Assembly: GCA_029068505.1 (NCBI GenBank)
Contig: JAIECN010000026.1
Coordinates: 10,107-74,106 of the forward strand
Source of the DNA: Alistipes sp.
GTDB lineage: Bacteria; Bacteroidota; Bacteroidia; Bacteroidales; Rikenellaceae
DNA length: 64,000 bases
Direction: 5' to 3'
How positions within the stretch are numbered: the first letter of the stretch is position 1; every line of letters starts with the position of its first letter. The notes under the pieces are model-generated. The model ran no database searches. It saw only the letters and a program-made list of their open reading frames with translations, and was not told the origin of the DNA. The position numbers were made by a program, and so were the translations under genes. Below are positions 28,672-37,885 of the stretch, piece by piece.

Positions 28672-29367
28672 ATGAAACGAATGATTTTACTGGCTGCGGC
28701 AGCACTGATGTTGCTGCCTGTCGCAGCACAGACGCAGGAGGCTTTTCCGAGTTATATCCAGGTCAACGGACGCGCCGAAAAGGAGATCGTGCCCGACGAA
28801 TTCTACCTTTCGATCGTCATCAACGAGCGCGATTCGAAAGGCAAGATTTCGGTCGAGAGCCAGCAGCGCGACATGATCGCGGCGCTCCGCCGCCAGGGCA
28901 TCGACGTGGAGAAGCAGCTCAAGGTGGCCAACCTGTCGAGCGAGTTTTTCAAGAAGAAGAGTTCGGTGGCGACGGCCAAATACCAGTTGCAGCTCGGCTC
29001 GGCCGCCGAAGTGTCGAAAGCCTGGCAGGCGCTCGACAACCTGGGTATTTCGAATGTCTCGATACTCAAGGTGTCGCATTCGCGCATCGACGCTCTCAAG
29101 GAGGAGGTGCGCATCGAGGCCATCCGCAATGCGCAGCAGAGCGCCCGCACGCTGGCCGAAGCGCTCGGACAGTCGATCGGCAAGTGCTTCTATATCTGGG
29201 ATTCGAACAACGACATCATGCCTGCGTATTATAACAATACGTTGACCGTGCGGAGCATGAAGATGATGGATGCCGCAGGCGTCGAAGAAGCTGCCGAGGA
29301 GGAACCGCTCGACTTCAAGACCATCAAACTGCAATACAGCGTGCAGACCAAATTCGTACTCGAATAA
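28672..29367 (+). CDS. SIMPL (DUF541) domain exported protein
   Basis: Signal peptide; IQVNGRAEKEIVPD; EAIRNAQQSARTLAEALG; TATATTTG element at 28635. Confidence 0.85.
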   Translation: MKRMILLAAAALMLLPVAAQTQEAFPSYIQVNGRAEKEIVPDEFYLSIVINERDSKGKISVESQQRDMIAALRRQGIDVEKQLKVANLSSEFFKKKSSVATAKYQLQLGSAAEVSKAWQALDNLGISNVSILKVSHSRIDALKEEVRIEAIRNAQQSARTLAEALGQSIGKCFYIWDSNNDIMPAYYNNTLTVRSMKMMDAAGVEEAAEEEPLDFKTIKLQYSVQTKFVLE

Positions 29368-29439
29368 CGGTCGCCCGGCAGCCCGGAGTATGGAGAGGAT
29401 GCCCCGGCGGCGTCCTCTTCGTCGTTGCAAGGCCGGGAG

Positions 29440-29523
29440 GCGGAGCGCAGGATGCAGAGTCCGAGAGGTCGGATGCGGAGTGATGAATGCAGGATGCAGC
29501 GTGCGGGTCGCGGGTCGTGGGGC
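29440..29523 (+). repeat. Degenerate heptamer tandem array (about 12 units, GCRGRNN)
   Basis: gcggagc gcaggat gcagagt ccgagag gtcggat gcggagt gatgaat gcaggat gcagcgt gcgggtc gcgggtc gtggggc. Confidence 0.7.
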
Positions 29524-29539
29524 GGCAACCATAATTAGG

Positions 29540-29581
29540 TGTTTCCCGACCGATGTTTCCCGACCGATGTTTTCCGGGTGA
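29540..29581 (+). repeat. 14-bp tandem repeat (2 exact + 1 degenerate)
   Basis: TGTTTCCCGACCGA x2 then TGTTTTCCGGGTGA. Confidence 0.85.
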
Positions 29582-29644
29582 TATTTTTCCCGCCGGCATT
29601 TCTGGATCGGCGTTTTCCGGCGTTCCGTGCGGTTCGGCACCGCG

Positions 29645-29677
29645 TTTGGAGAATTCGATTTTTTTGTTGTATATTTG
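29645..29677 (+). promoter_or_regulatory. Bacteroidota -33/-7 promoter for cdd operon
   Basis: TTTG (29645)-N21-TATATTTG (29670). Confidence 0.65.
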
Positions 29678-29697
29678 TTTTCTTACTTCCTTCAACT

Positions 29698-30153
29698 ATG
29701 GAAAAGGAACATCGATTCAGTTACGAGCATTACGATTCGCTCGGGTCGTTGCCGGAGGCCGACCGTCTGTTGGCGGAGGAGGCCCGGCGTGCCACGACCC
29801 ACGCCCATGCGCCTTATTCGAAGTTTTGCGTGGGTGCCGCGGCCCGTCTGCGCAGCGGCCGTATTCTTCACGGCAGCAACATCGAGAGCGAGGTTTTCCC
29901 GGCAGGGTTGTGCGCCGAGCGGTCGTTGTTGTTCTATGCCCAGGCCAACTATGCCGACGATCCCGTCGAGACGCTGGCCATCGCTTCGGACCCTTCCGAG
30001 CGCGAGTGCTACCCGTGCGGGCAGTGCCGCCAGGTTATGGTCGACGTCGAGCGTCGCCAGGGTAGCCCCATGCGGGTCATCATGTGTGGCGGCGGCACAG
30101 CGAGCGCGGTCGGATCGGCTTCTTTGCTGCTTCCTTTCACTTTCATTCTTTAG
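29698..30153 (+). CDS. cdd: Cytidine deaminase
   Basis: APYSKFCVGAA, GSNIE, CAERS, PCGQCRQ. Confidence 0.93.
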   Translation: MEKEHRFSYEHYDSLGSLPEADRLLAEEARRATTHAHAPYSKFCVGAAARLRSGRILHGSNIESEVFPAGLCAERSLLFYAQANYADDPVETLAIASDPSERECYPCGQCRQVMVDVERRQGSPMRVIMCGGGTASAVGSASLLLPFTFIL

Positions 30154-30156
30154 CCC

Positions 30157-30843
30157 ATGTTTTCGCCCGACGACATTTTGTATGAAGACAACCATCTGTT
30201 GATCGTCAACAAGCATTGCGGCGATCTGGTGCAGCCCGATCCGTCGGGCGAAAGCGCCCTCGAAGATCAGATCAAGGCTTACATCAAGGTGCGCGACGCC
30301 AAGCCCGGCGACGTCTTCCTGGGCGTGGTGCATCGCATCGACCGCCCCGTGAGCGGCGCCGTGTTGTTCGCCAAGACTTCGAAAGCGCTCGTGCGGCTCA
30401 ACGAGATGATCCGCGAGGGGCGCATCCGCAAGGTCTATTGGGCCCTCACCGAGAACCGGCCTGCGGAGGAGTGCGGCGAGTTGCGTCATTATATTCTCCG
30501 CGACGGGCGCACCAACCGTTCGAAGGCTTTCGATGCGCCGCGTCCCGAGGCCAAGGAGGCCCGGTTGAAATATCGGATGATCGGGGCCGGAACCCATTAT
30601 ACGCTCGTCGAGGTCGAATTGTTGACCGGGCGTCATCATCAGATACGCGCCCAGTTGTCGCATGTCGGATGTCCGATCCGCGGAGACTTGAAGTACGGCG
30701 CCCGGCGTTCGTTGCCCGGGGGCGGCATCTCGTTGCATTCGCGTTGCGTGGCTTTCGAGCATCCCGTGCGCCGCGAACCCGTGGAGGCCACGGCACCCGT
30801 GCCGTCGGGCGATAATTTGTGGGCTTGTTTTGAAACTTTGTAG
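30157..30843 (+). CDS. RluA-family pseudouridine synthase
   Basis: VHRIDRPVSG, LLTGRHHQIRAQL, GDLKYG. Confidence 0.93.
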   Translation: MFSPDDILYEDNHLLIVNKHCGDLVQPDPSGESALEDQIKAYIKVRDAKPGDVFLGVVHRIDRPVSGAVLFAKTSKALVRLNEMIREGRIRKVYWALTENRPAEECGELRHYILRDGRTNRSKAFDAPRPEAKEARLKYRMIGAGTHYTLVEVELLTGRHHQIRAQLSHVGCPIRGDLKYGARRSLPGGGISLHSRCVAFEHPVRREPVEATAPVPSGDNLWACFETL

Positions 30844-30845
30844 CC

Positions 30846-31298
30846 GTGCGTCTGCTTGTCCAAAGAGTACGTAGCGCCTCGGTCGACATCGGCGGCGTGC
30901 GCTGCGCCGAAATAGGCGCGGGGTTGCTGGTGCTGGTGGGCGTGGGTACGGACGATGCACCCGAGGATGCCGAATACCTCGCCGGCAAGGTCGTGCGGCT
31001 GCGGATCTTCAGCGACCAGGAGGGCGTGATGAACCTCGATGTGGGGCAGATCGGCGGCGAGGTGCTGGTTGTGAGTCAGTTCACGCTGATGGCCTCCACG
31101 CGCAAGGGCAACCGCCCGTCGTATGTCAGGGCCGCACCCGAGGCGATATCGAAGCCCTTGTACGAGTCGTTCGTGCGCCGGGTCGAAGAGTTGCTCGGGC
31201 GGAAGGTGCCGACCGGCCGTTTCGGCGCCGACATGCAGGTGTCGCTGGTCAACGACGGCCCGGCGACCATCTGGATGGATTCGAAAAACAGAGAATAA
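30846..31298 (+). CDS. dtd: D-aminoacyl-tRNA deacylase
   Basis: QRV, SQFTL, FGADMQVSLVNDGP. Confidence 0.96.
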   Translation: MRLLVQRVRSASVDIGGVRCAEIGAGLLVLVGVGTDDAPEDAEYLAGKVVRLRIFSDQEGVMNLDVGQIGGEVLVVSQFTLMASTRKGNRPSYVRAAPEAISKPLYESFVRRVEELLGRKVPTGRFGADMQVSLVNDGPATIWMDSKNRE

Positions 31299-31326
31299 CA
31301 TTAGGAGAGAGACAAATCCGAGTTTT

Positions 31327-32622
31327 ATGAGGAAAATATTTGTGTTTGCAATGTACTGTTTCGCTATGACGGTCATTGCTTGTTCCGATGAAGATAAGTC
31401 CGGCAGCGACAGTCTGTGGTTCCGGCAGCCCGAAGTCACCGTCGACGGGACGAACGTCGATGTCCGGTGCCTGGCGTTGGTGGGCGAGGGCGTGTTGTCG
31501 GCGGGCCGGAGCGGCTTCGTCTGCCTGCCCGTGTCGGGCGGCGATGCGGTGTCGGTCACGGTGACCGATCCCGTGGCCGAGGGTACGATCCTGCGTTGCC
31601 GGATCACGGGGCTAACACCCCGGACGCGTTATATGATCTACGCTTTCGTCGAGTTGAGCGGCCAGCGGATGATCGGCCAGCCGGCCGTCTTCGATACCGG
31701 CGAAGCCAGCGTGGAGCCGGCCGATCCGGAGAACCCCGACAACCCCGACAATCCCGATCCCGACAATCCCGATCCGGATAATCCGGACAAACCCGATCCG
31801 GACGATCCGACCCCCCCCCGGCCGGGCGCTTATTCCGGTTGGCCCGAGCTGCCTGTCAAGGCCTCCGGTGCCGATCTTTATTATGCGACCCACATTTGCC
31901 CCGCTTTTACGACCGCTTCGGGCGTGTTCGAGAACAACTTGCGCAGTTACACCGTATGTTACAGCAACGCCATGAAGTGCGCCATGTGGGTGGCTTATCC
32001 GATCCATGCAAGTTACAAGGGTTCCACCAAGCGTACCGACAAATGGGCGTTCGATCCCATCGTTCCCAAGTCGGTGCAGCCTTATCTGGTTTCGGGGTCT
32101 TACAAGCCCCGCGAACTCGATTATTCGCGCGGCCACATGCTTGCGTCGAACGACCGCACGGGCAGCGTCGGCATGAACGAGCAGACGTTCTACGTTACCA
32201 ACATGACGCCCCAGAAGCAGACCAACTTCAATTCGGGCATCTGGTCGACGCTCGAAGACCGCACTTGGAACAACGTGTGCGCCGATACGCTTTTCGTGGT
32301 TACGGGGTCTTACTTTGCCAATACCGACGTGACATGTCTGGACAATGCCACGCCGCAGAATACGGTCTGCGTCCCGACGAATTTCTACAAGGTCATGATC
32401 CGTTCCAAGGCCGGCAATACGGGCAAGCCGCTCTACGAACTCGATGCCGACGAGTTGCAGTGCGTGGGCTTCTGGCTCGAAAACCGGGCTTATACCGGAA
32501 CAACGTTGTCGTCGGTCATGACTTCGGTCGCCGAGATCGAAGCTACGACCGGCATGAAGTTCTTCGAGCATGTGCCGCAGGCTCCTAAGGCGGTTCTGGA
32601 CAAGAGTGCCTGGACGTTTTGA
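31327..32622 (+). CDS. DNA/RNA non-specific endonuclease lipoprotein (NucA/EndA-like) with FN3-like domain and Pro/Asp/Asn linker
   Basis: Lipobox VIAC; SRGHMLAS, TFYVTNMTPQ, FNSGIWSTLE, VPTNFYKV. Confidence 0.88.
   Translation: MRKIFVFAMYCFAMTVIACSDEDKSGSDSLWFRQPEVTVDGTNVDVRCLALVGEGVLSAGRSGFVCLPVSGGDAVSVTVTDPVAEGTILRCRITGLTPRTRYMIYAFVELSGQRMIGQPAVFDTGEASVEPADPENPDNPDNPDPDNPDPDNPDKPDPDDPTPPRPGAYSGWPELPVKASGADLYYATHICPAFTTASGVFENNLRSYTVCYSNAMKCAMWVAYPIHASYKGSTKRTDKWAFDPIVPKSVQPYLVSGSYKPRELDYSRGHMLASNDRTGSVGMNEQTFYVTNMTPQKQTNFNSGIWSTLEDRTWNNVCADTLFVVTGSYFANTDVTCLDNATPQNTVCVPTNFYKVMIRSKAGNTGKPLYELDADELQCVGFWLENRAYTGTTLSSVMTSVAEIEATTGMKFFEHVPQAPKAVLDKSAWTF
31717..31820 (+). repeat. Coding tandem repeat (DNPDP)n linker
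   Basis: PADPENPDNPDNPDPDNPDPDNPDKPDPDDPTPP from 9/15-nt repeats. Confidence 0.85.
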
Positions 32623-32712
32623 CGCCATGGCTTGCGGCTGCGGCGCACCCCTTGCCGACGGGCAGGCCGCCGCATGCCTGCATCGGCGCGGGCCAGGCGG
32701 AGGATCGGAAGC

Positions 32713-33702
32713 ATGAGTTCGGACAGCATGTACGTTTGGGGCGATTCGCGGCGGTATAATTCCTATGCCGGGTATTTTCGCCGGTTGTTCGGCGGCCGGG
32801 TGCAGAAGCTCTCGGTAGATGCCGGCTTCACATGTCCCAACCGCGACGGCACGATAGCCCAGGGTGGGTGTACGTTCTGCAACAACGGAGCGTTCACCCC
32901 CTCTTATTGTTGCCCTTCGAAGAGCGTCGGGCAGCAGATCGACGAGGGGATCGAGTTTCATAGGCGGCGTTATCGCGAAGCGTCGCGTTATCTGGTTTAT
33001 TTTCAGTCGTTTTCCAACACCTATGCGCCGCTCGACCGGTTGCGGGCGCTCTACGGCGAGGCGTTGGCCCGTCCGGAGGTGGCCGGGATCGTCGTCGGCA
33101 CGCGGCCCGATTGCGTCGACGAGAAGAAACTCGATTATTTCGCCGCCTTGGCGCAGCATCATTATGTGGCCATCGAGTATGGCATCGAGTCGACCTGCGA
33201 TGCGACCTTGCGTGCCGTGAACCGCGGCCACGACTTCGCCGCGGCCGAGCGGGCCGTGAGGATGACCGCCGCACGAGGGTTGCATGTCGGCGCCCATTTC
33301 ATCCTGGGGCTTCCGGGCGAGAGCGAGGAGATGTTGCTTGCGCAGACCGACCGGATCAATGCGCTGCCCCTTACTACGGTAAAGTTCCACCAGTTGCAGG
33401 TCTTCCGCGGCACGGCCATGGCGGACGAGTACGACGCCGATCCGGCGAAATTCCGTTTTTGGCCGCTCGATCGCTACATCGATCTCTTCGCGGCTATTTT
33501 GCGCCGGCTGCGCCCTTCGCTGGTCGTCGAGCGGTTCGCCTCCGAGGCGCCGCCGCGTTACCACTACGGCCCCAACTGGGGTCTGGTGCGCAACGAACGG
33601 TTGTGGGCCATGCTCGAAGCGAGACTGCAGGAGCTGGATGCCTGGCAGGGCGAACTTTATGATGCTTCGCTGTCGAAAGCGGAGTTCCGAACGGGAGGTT
33701 GA
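32713..33702 (+). CDS. TIGR01212/YhcC-family radical SAM protein
   Basis: DAGFTCPNRDG..GGCTFC, YFQSFSNTY, GTRPDC, INALPLTTVKFHQL; start 32713 or 32728. Confidence 0.9.
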   Translation: MSSDSMYVWGDSRRYNSYAGYFRRLFGGRVQKLSVDAGFTCPNRDGTIAQGGCTFCNNGAFTPSYCCPSKSVGQQIDEGIEFHRRRYREASRYLVYFQSFSNTYAPLDRLRALYGEALARPEVAGIVVGTRPDCVDEKKLDYFAALAQHHYVAIEYGIESTCDATLRAVNRGHDFAAAERAVRMTAARGLHVGAHFILGLPGESEEMLLAQTDRINALPLTTVKFHQLQVFRGTAMADEYDADPAKFRFWPLDRYIDLFAAILRRLRPSLVVERFASEAPPRYHYGPNWGLVRNERLWAMLEARLQELDAWQGELYDASLSKAEFRTGG

Positions 33703-33854
33703 TCGGGCCGCAGCGGGAGCCGGAGAGTCGGGCGGCCGCCGTTTTTCGCGGGTTTCCAGGGGTTCCGGTTCATTATTCGTTTTCGAAGTGTCTCGGCAGG
33801 GTATATCTTGACGATTTTTTTTATACATTTGTCCTGACCATAATCCCTTGTGCC

Positions 33855-34757
33855 ATGACCATTACCTTGTCGTTATCCCGAGTCCTTGCCGTTGTCAAGG
33901 AATATTTTCTGATGAGTGTCGGCATGTTCCTCTATGCGTTCGGCTGGATCGGCTGCATCTTGCCCGCCGACGGCATGGGCGGCGGTGCGGCAGGTCTTTC
34001 GCTGGTGCTCTGCAAGGCCGTCGGCCAGCTTTTCGGCTGGGAGGTCAGCATCGGCGACATGGTGTTTTACATCAATGCCGTGTTGTTGCTCGTCGCCGGG
34101 TTCATCGTCGGCTGGAAATTCGGCATCAAGACCGTCTTTTCGATCATCATGATCTCCGTGGCCATGAATTTCTGGGAGTGGCTGTTGCCCGCAGAAGGAT
34201 TGTTCGTCGGCATGGAGAATATTTTGTTGGTCATTCTGGGCGGTATTTTGGCCGGCATCGGCGTGGCCATCTGCTTCAAGCAGGGCGGTTCGACCGGCGG
34301 CGTGGACATCGTGGCGATGATCATCAACAAATATCGCACGGTGCGCTACGGCAACATCGTCATGTGCTCCGATTTCATGATCATCGGTTCGTCGCTGCTC
34401 GTCGGTTCGACGCTCAATACCGTGGTCTACGGTTACATCCTCACAGCTGTGTTCGGCTATACGGTCGACATGATCATGTCGGGCAACCAGCAGTCCAATC
34501 AGGTGCTCATCATGAGCCACAAGTACGAGGAGATCACCAAGGCGATCCTGGAGGATGCGCATCGCGGCGTGACGCTGCTCGACGGCATGGGCGGTTATAC
34601 GCACGAGCCGATGAAGGTCGTGGTCGTCGTGTGCCGCAAGCGCGAGACATCGAAGGTGCTCAAGGTCGTCAAGTCGGTCGATCCGGCCGCTTTCATGTCC
34701 ATCGGCTCCGTGGCGGGCGTCTACGGCCAGGGTTTCCAGGCCCTTCCCAAGATGTAG
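33855..34757 (+). CDS. YitT-family membrane protein
   Basis: GGSTGGVDIVA, RGVTLLDGMGGYT, VDPAAFMSI; TACATTTG element at 33824. Confidence 0.9.
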   Translation: MTITLSLSRVLAVVKEYFLMSVGMFLYAFGWIGCILPADGMGGGAAGLSLVLCKAVGQLFGWEVSIGDMVFYINAVLLLVAGFIVGWKFGIKTVFSIIMISVAMNFWEWLLPAEGLFVGMENILLVILGGILAGIGVAICFKQGGSTGGVDIVAMIINKYRTVRYGNIVMCSDFMIIGSSLLVGSTLNTVVYGYILTAVFGYTVDMIMSGNQQSNQVLIMSHKYEEITKAILEDAHRGVTLLDGMGGYTHEPMKVVVVVCRKRETSKVLKVVKSVDPAAFMSIGSVAGVYGQGFQALPKM

Positions 34758-37016
34758 ATGGAGCGCTACGCCGACATCGTGCTGCCTCTGGCGCAGCCGG
34801 CCTACACCTTCGCTGTTCCGGAGGGGATGGAGTTGGCGGCGGGTTGCGCCGTTGCGGTGCAGTTCGGCCCGCGCAGGTTCTATGCGGGCATCGTGTGGCG
34901 CGTGCACGACCGGCGGCCCGACTTCAAGCGGATCAAGTCTGTGGAGCGGGTGCTCTACGACCGGCCCCTGCTCGCTCCGGTGCAAATGAAGTTGTGGGAG
35001 TGGATCGCTTCCTATTACATGTGTTCGCTCGGCGAGGTCATGCGTGCTGCGTTGCCCGCTTTGATGAAGCCTTCGGCCGACAGCGCCGAGTTGCTGGCCC
35101 AGGAGGAGTTCCGGCCCCGTACGGAGCGTTATGTTTCGTTGGCGCCGCAGTTGTACGACGAAGATCATTTGCATGAGACGTTCGAGACATTGTCCCGTCG
35201 GGCGCCCAAGCAGTACGAGGCGTTGCTCGAATTGGCTTCGTCTGGTCGGGAGGGCGGACTTCCCGCAGGCGAGGTGCCGCGGCGGTTGTTGCAGGCCGAC
35301 CTGACGGTGTTGCATGCGCTGGAGCGCAAGGGCCACGTCCGGATCGTCGAGCACGAACGCACCGTCGAGCGGGATGCCGCCGTTTTCCGGCTGCCCCAGT
35401 TGAGCGGCCACCAGCAGGCGGCGCTCGACGAGCTGCGCCGGCAATTCGAGGCCGGAACACGAACCGCCTTGTTGCACGGGGTCACTTCGTCGGGCAAGAC
35501 CGAAATCTACATCCATCTTATAGCCGAAGCGTTGGCGCAGGGCGGCGACGTGTTGTTGCTGGTGCCCGAAATCGCCCTCACGGCCCAGCTCATCGAGCGC
35601 ATGGAGCGCATCTTCGGCAGCCGCGTGACGGCCTACCATTCGCGTTTGACCGACCGGCAGCGGTCGGAAACCTACCTGCGGCTCAACCGTTCCGAGGGGG
35701 GCGAGTTCGTGGTGGGGGTGCGGTCGTCGATATTTCTGCCGTTGAAGCATCTGCGATTGATCGTCGTCGACGAGGAGCACGACGCCAGTTACAAGCAGGC
35801 CGAGCCGGCGCCGCGTTACAACGCCCGCGACTGCGCCGCGGTGATGGCCGGGCTGTTCGGCGGGCGGACGTTGCTGGGCAGCGCCACGCCTTCGCTCGAA
35901 ACATGGCTCAACGCCGCCGGGGGCAAATATGGCTCCGCGTCGCTCACCGAGCGTTACGGCGAGGCCCGGATGCCCGAAATTTTGGTCTCCGATACGTTGC
36001 GGGCGGCGCGGCGCGGCGAGCGGCACGCCCACTTCAACAAATTGCTTCTGGATAAGATCGGCGAACGTCTCGACCGGGGCGAGCAGACGATGTTGTTCCA
36101 GAACCGGCGCGGCTTTTCGCCCTATGTCGAGTGCACGGAGTGCGGATGGACGGCCCGCTGTCCCGACTGCAACGTCACGCTGACCTACCACAAGGCCGGC
36201 GGGCGTCTGGTCTGCCACTATTGCGGCCATGCCGAGCCGGTGCCTGCGAAGTGTCCTTCGTGCAAGGTGACCGACGTCGTGCCGATGGGTTTCGGCACCG
36301 AGAAGATCGAGGAGGAGATCGTCCGCATCTTTCCCGAGGCCCGCGTGGCGCGTCTCGATCGCGATACGGTGACTTCGCAGCGGGCTTTCGACGCCATTGT
36401 CGCAGGGTTCGCGCGCCACGAGGCCGATATTCTGGTCGGCACGCAGATGATCACCAAGGGGTTCGATTTCGAGGGCGTGTCGCTGGTCGGGATTCTCAAT
36501 GCCGACAACTTGTTGAACAACCCCGACTTCCGGGCCGGCGAGCGGGCTTTCCAGTTGATGATGCAGGTCGCCGGACGCGCAGGGCGCAGGGCGCAGGGGG
36601 GCGAGGTGGTGATCCAGACCGCCGAGCCGGGACACCCCGTGATCCGGCAGGTGGCGGCCGGCGATTTCGAGGGCATGGCCCGGGCGCAGCTGGCCGACCG
36701 CGAAGCCTTCTTCTATCCGCCTTATGCTCGTCTTACGTCGCTGACGTTGCGGCATCGCGATCCGCAGTTGTTGCGGCGCGGTGCTGCGGAGCTGGCTTCC
36801 CGGTTGCGTACCCGCTTCGGACGGCGTCTGTTGGGGCCTACGCCGCCGCCCGTCGACCGCATCCGGGGCGAGTACCTCGTGGGGCTGCTGCTCAAGATCG
36901 AGAGCGGCGCCTCGTCGCTGCGGGCGCGCGGGTTGTTGACCGAGGAGTTGCAGGCGTTCGCCCGGCATCCCGAGTTCCGAACCATAACCGTCGTGCCCGA
37001 TGTCGATCCTCAATGA
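34758..37016 (+). CDS. priA: Primosomal protein N' (replication restart helicase)
   Basis: HGVTSSGKTE, LVPEIALT, DEEH, NRRG, four CxxC, QVAGRAGR. Confidence 0.97.
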   Translation: MERYADIVLPLAQPAYTFAVPEGMELAAGCAVAVQFGPRRFYAGIVWRVHDRRPDFKRIKSVERVLYDRPLLAPVQMKLWEWIASYYMCSLGEVMRAALPALMKPSADSAELLAQEEFRPRTERYVSLAPQLYDEDHLHETFETLSRRAPKQYEALLELASSGREGGLPAGEVPRRLLQADLTVLHALERKGHVRIVEHERTVERDAAVFRLPQLSGHQQAALDELRRQFEAGTRTALLHGVTSSGKTEIYIHLIAEALAQGGDVLLLVPEIALTAQLIERMERIFGSRVTAYHSRLTDRQRSETYLRLNRSEGGEFVVGVRSSIFLPLKHLRLIVVDEEHDASYKQAEPAPRYNARDCAAVMAGLFGGRTLLGSATPSLETWLNAAGGKYGSASLTERYGEARMPEILVSDTLRAARRGERHAHFNKLLLDKIGERLDRGEQTMLFQNRRGFSPYVECTECGWTARCPDCNVTLTYHKAGGRLVCHYCGHAEPVPAKCPSCKVTDVVPMGFGTEKIEEEIVRIFPEARVARLDRDTVTSQRAFDAIVAGFARHEADILVGTQMITKGFDFEGVSLVGILNADNLLNNPDFRAGERAFQLMMQVAGRAGRRAQGGEVVIQTAEPGHPVIRQVAAGDFEGMARAQLADREAFFYPPYARLTSLTLRHRDPQLLRRGAAELASRLRTRFGRRLLGPTPPPVDRIRGEYLVGLLLKIESGASSLRARGLLTEELQAFARHPEFRTITVVPDVDPQ

Positions 37017-37722
37017 GTTGGCGGGCGATTTGGCAGCGCTCTTTTTTCCGCCCGTGTGCCCCGTTTGCGGCAGCTCGCTGACCCGGGGCGAGCGTGCCGT
37101 CTGTACGTTGTGCCGTGCGACCGCCCCGTTGACCGGATTCTGGGCCGAAGCCGATAATCCGGTGTCGCGCAAGTTCTGGGGCAGGGTGCCCGTGATGCGC
37201 GCTTCGGGATTTTTGTTTTACGTTCATGGCAGCGGCTGGCGTCGGGCGATCCATGCGTTCAAGTACCGCGGCGCGTGGCGTTTGGCCCGTGCGCTGGGCG
37301 AATGGTACGGGGCTTCTTTGCGCGGGAGCGGTCTCTACGATGATGTCGACGTGGTGGTGCCTTTGCCGCTCCATCCGTTCAAGCGGATGTCGCGCGGCTA
37401 CAACCAGGCGGAGTACATCGCCGAGGGGATCGCTGCGCAGTTGGGCGTCGGGGTCGACCGGCGCAGCGTGCGCCGCAGCCGCAACACCGCCTCGCAGGCG
37501 CTCAAGCCCCGCCGCGAACGTGCGGACAACGTGGAGGATGCTTTTGCGGTGCGGCACCCCGGGCGGTTGGCCGGCAAGCATGTGTTGCTGGTCGACGACG
37601 TGATGACCACGGGTTCTACCTTGATCGCCTGCATCGAAGCCGTGGTGCGTGCCGTGCCCGATTGTCGGGTAAGCGTGGCGGCGCTCGCCGTGTCGCGTCG
37701 CGAATTGGGTGTCAAAGAGTGA
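37000..37722 (+). CDS. comF: ComF-family phosphoribosyltransferase-like protein
   Basis: N-terminal CPVC/CTLC, RGYNQAE, LLVDDVMTTGST. Confidence 0.88.
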   Translation: MSILNELAGDLAALFFPPVCPVCGSSLTRGERAVCTLCRATAPLTGFWAEADNPVSRKFWGRVPVMRASGFLFYVHGSGWRRAIHAFKYRGAWRLARALGEWYGASLRGSGLYDDVDVVVPLPLHPFKRMSRGYNQAEYIAEGIAAQLGVGVDRRSVRRSRNTASQALKPRRERADNVEDAFAVRHPGRLAGKHVLLVDDVMTTGSTLIACIEAVVRAVPDCRVSVAALAVSRRELGVKE

Positions 37723-37761
37723 AAAAATGGCTTTTCGTTTTTTGGAGGGCCGTTTTTTTTT
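37723..37761 (+). terminator. Probable terminator after comF
   Basis: AAAATGGCTTTTC-loop-GAGGGCCGTTTTTTTTT (G-U rich stem); TATTTTTG -7 element follows at 37782. Confidence 0.55.
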
Positions 37762-37885
37762 GATATGTCCGCCCGAATCGCTATTTTTGAACCCTTGAAA
37801 GCGTGGTTTTTCGACAAGCCGCAATGCGATGCCGGATCGGTTCGGATTTCGCCGGCACGAAAAGCCTCCATATGAACCCAACCCA

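Noticed and set aside
29440-29600. Possible CRISPR array
   Set aside because: Units are 7 and 14 bp, with no unique spacers and no cas genes.
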